A stretch of DNA of 64,000 bases from Phoronis australis. Its lineage: Eukaryota; Animalia; Phoronida. The position numbers and the translations under genes were made by a program. Below are positions 61,021 to 64,000 of the stretch, piece by piece. How positions within the stretch are numbered: position 1 is the first letter of the stretch; each line of letters starts with the position of its first letter. The stretch spans positions 66,260 to 130,259 of the forward strand of contig NMRA01000204.1 in NCBI GenBank assembly GCA_002633005.1, in the 5' to 3' direction. The notes below the pieces were generated by a model, which did not search any database, was not told the DNA's origin, and saw only the letters and a list, made by a program, of their open reading frames with translations.

Positions 61021-64000
61021 TGGTAGGTATGAATGCAGCCATCATTTAAAGATGAGTGGTGTTATATATACATCCAGACTTCAAATTAAGTTTTGTTGAA
61101 TCGGTGCATGGGTATTTCCCAGAATCCTTAATGCTTCCCCTAGTGAAATCTATTGCCAAGGTTGTACGCTGATGAGTTTTGCTCTACAGCAAATTTCAGC
61201 CATTTTAAAAAACACTATGGCGAAGAATTTATTTTTTCAAAACTTTTAATAGAATAAATAACTAAAAAATTCTACTGAAAGTGGATTTCAGTGTGTAACT
61301 GTAATTAAAGAACATTGACTGGAATTTTAATTGTTTGTAACGATGCAGTCAGCCTTTGTAAAACAGGAAAAATATATTCTGTTCAGAATAATTGTAGAAT
61401 TGCTGTGAAAAGCATATAAAATGCTCATTTATTTTTTTCAATCCTGAATGGTTCGTGATTACAACCTGATGAAAAATAATTTTTCAGCAGTGCATTCCGT
61501 TTACAGCCGCCTGTATCTTTCGTCTTCAGTAGCAAATTTAAATTTCTTTTTTCAGAAATGGCTAGTCACGCAGCTTTTCTTCCGCTTTTGAAAATGTGGT
61601 GCAATGAGCAGTCTTCCCAGTATATTTGGAAGGAAATTTACATTTTGATGAATATATTACATCTTTAACAGTGAATGTTGCTTTGTTCTGTGAAAGCCAT
61701 AGCGTGGCTAAACACTAGAGCTTCCCCTCGTTTTGTGCTGAGTGGAACTACTTTTGTTCATAGGTAACCAGGGTGAATAGGGTCGCCATGTTTGTGTCTA
61801 TTGTCAGATATGAAGCTAAGTGACTTGGTGGTCCTAAATATTATGAAATTTATTATTGGTCTATAGTAAACTGAGCTGGCGCAGGCTAAACGCCTTATTT
61901 GTTTAGCTATTGAAGACATCAGTCAAGACTGTACAAGAGAAATTTGTTCAAGAATCATTTGATTGTATGGAGTTGTGTGTAAAGGAATGTAGTTTCTTGC
62001 TTTTCACTGCAGCAATAGTTATCAAAATAAAGTATTGATCATTTCACTGTGAGCTTTCTTATAACATTCTCCAAAATGAGTTTATGTTTATTGTCAAGCC
62101 ACTGTGTTGATCCATAGGGCAATTCTTAACTCATTTAGCACACATTATGGCCCACAAGTGAAATTTTATTTTATCCACAAAAGTTTAAGTTAATATTAAA
62201 AACATTTTAGTCTATTACAAGTATGGCTTGTATTGTGTAGATGTGATAAAATAACAAAAAAGTCCCATAATTTGCAAAAAAAAGTAATCTGCCTTTCAAA
62301 AATGGACATTTTTATAATTATTTTTTGTGCAAAATAAATGTAGAATTACCAGCAATCAGAAGTATCCCAAGCTATTTAGTGGGAATATACTAACAATCAC
62401 AAAACCGAACAAAACCAGCTTTACCTGTTTAAACACTTGCATAGTCTTTTCGAATGTTTCGTGTCCTCTAGGTACATTTGACATTAGGTTGATTTGGGGC
62501 CTGCTATCCTTAGGATTAATTGGATGGGTGTAAGAAAGGTTGGAAGACCATGATGTTGGTACTAGGCTAAAGAGCAGGTCCCAGGAACGAGTCATTGACA
62601 CTAGTTTTCCAGGTGTATTGTTGGTATACTTAAGACTGGCTTTTAAATGGACTCTTTTCTTTGTTGCTGACCAGAAACGTGTTCCAGCTAACTTTGATTT
62701 CTAGCTGACTGGTTATCCATCTCGTCCGCTCCACAGGAACACATCTTTCAACTTTCACAAAGCTTCAAAGGGTTATGTAGGGGCGACACAGTAGTCGGAC
62801 CGGTCCAAAAATCAATGTCCGTCGTGGCCTTCTCGTCAGGAACACCTCTGTAAATTTTCACAGTGATCCTTTGAGTAGTTTGGCAGACAGTGAGGCGGAC
62901 GCCAGAAAACGGACGCAAAAATAATAAAGATGGTCACAAGGTGGTGTAAAACACGTCGAATCCGTCCGAAAATGGAATGACGTCGTCTTCTGGATAAAAA
63001 CTTATTTTGCGAATTTCCTGAAAATCCATCAAGGAACTCTGAAGATACTGAGGATAAGCGTAAAAAATAAAATTGGCGCTAGGGGCACAGTGGCACTAGT
63101 CAGATCGGTGCGACACAATTTTATTCGTCGTCTCTGGTCTCTGTCGTCTGCTTTATAGCCGGAACACTCCACTCATAAGATTCAGCAAGGGATTTAGGAG
63201 ATACAGTAGCAGACGCCGGAACAGAAATGACAATATCACACATAAATATGTCGAGGCATAAAAATGTGTTCCATTGTACTCTAACATACACGACATGTAT
63301 CAGGATCACCAACTTTTACTTTCTGAAGTTTAGTTCTTCTATGGAAAGTTCTACACTGCAACCAATGAAATCAGCTATTCATGGAATATTTCAAAGCTAT
63401 ACCGTAGACGTTTGACCATTTTTTATCTATGAGAAAAGCTATATCTGCAAATTTCGGATAATTAGTTGGAGTAACCGTTATTATTACATTACGTCACTGC
63501 ACCCTGATTTTTTTCTGAAGAATGTAATTGTATAATTTTGGATGAGTGCTTGACTTTAATTCTTCATAGCAACTGTGAGAGATTCATATTCTAAAACCCT
63601 TGTCTGGATTTGGTAGAAATGTTATAAAGCATTTAAATTTCTCGGGTAGTTTAACCAGTCATTTATATAACCTCTTAGGTTCATTTACTTTTCTTATGCA
63701 CCTTGTGATTTTTCGCATCTTGGTAACACTCAAGGTTTTAAGAATCCACAAACATTTTTAAACATGTCAGCTACGCGAAATGATAATTATTTGGAAATTA
63801 AATTATTTATCTTTTGCTTCTAGTATAATCATACACCATCAAAAACTGATTCGACTCTTGTGCAATTCGGTTGAAATGGCGAAGTTAAGAAAATTTTCAA
63901 AGACAGTAAATTATGCAGTAAGAACCAACACCGGAACAAACTGCTATGGTTTTTTCTTCTATTTTCTATCGTGTGATCGTTTATGACGTCGTTTTTAGGT

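Noticed and set aside
1-64000. CRISPR arrays, operons, rRNA, intact tRNA or transposase/RT genes
   Set aside because: None seen; the sequence is eukaryotic and its repeats are MITEs, satellites or assembly overlaps.

Overview
AT-rich, intron-containing animal (invertebrate-like) genomic DNA, not prokaryotic; most ORFs in the supplied track are noise. Four spliced protein-coding genes can be assembled by hand. (1) A membrane-anchored classical SDR of the BDH1/RDH/HSD17B6-like group (+, 1789-10486, 6 exons, one GC-AG intron). (2) A small unrecognised protein combining a Ser-rich linker, an SH3 domain and one matrin/JAZ-type C2H2 finger (+, ~20223-24204, 5' end uncertain). (3) NUDT6 (-, 50405-43911). 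(4) NDFIP1/2 (+, 54015-61020), head-to-head with NUDT6, with a 952-bp Mutator-like foldback element (9-bp TSD) between them. Between genes 2 and 3 is an ~11-kb + strand unit with a strong TATA/Inr promoter carrying CRE, FOXO and M-box motifs, good splice sites and a poly(A) signal but only very short ORFs; this is a candidate regulated lncRNA or micropeptide gene converging on NUDT6. Three apparent tandem duplications each straddle a single 'n' and are most likely uncollapsed haplotype overlaps. Many MITE families are present. All gene models were built by eye without alignment or expression data.
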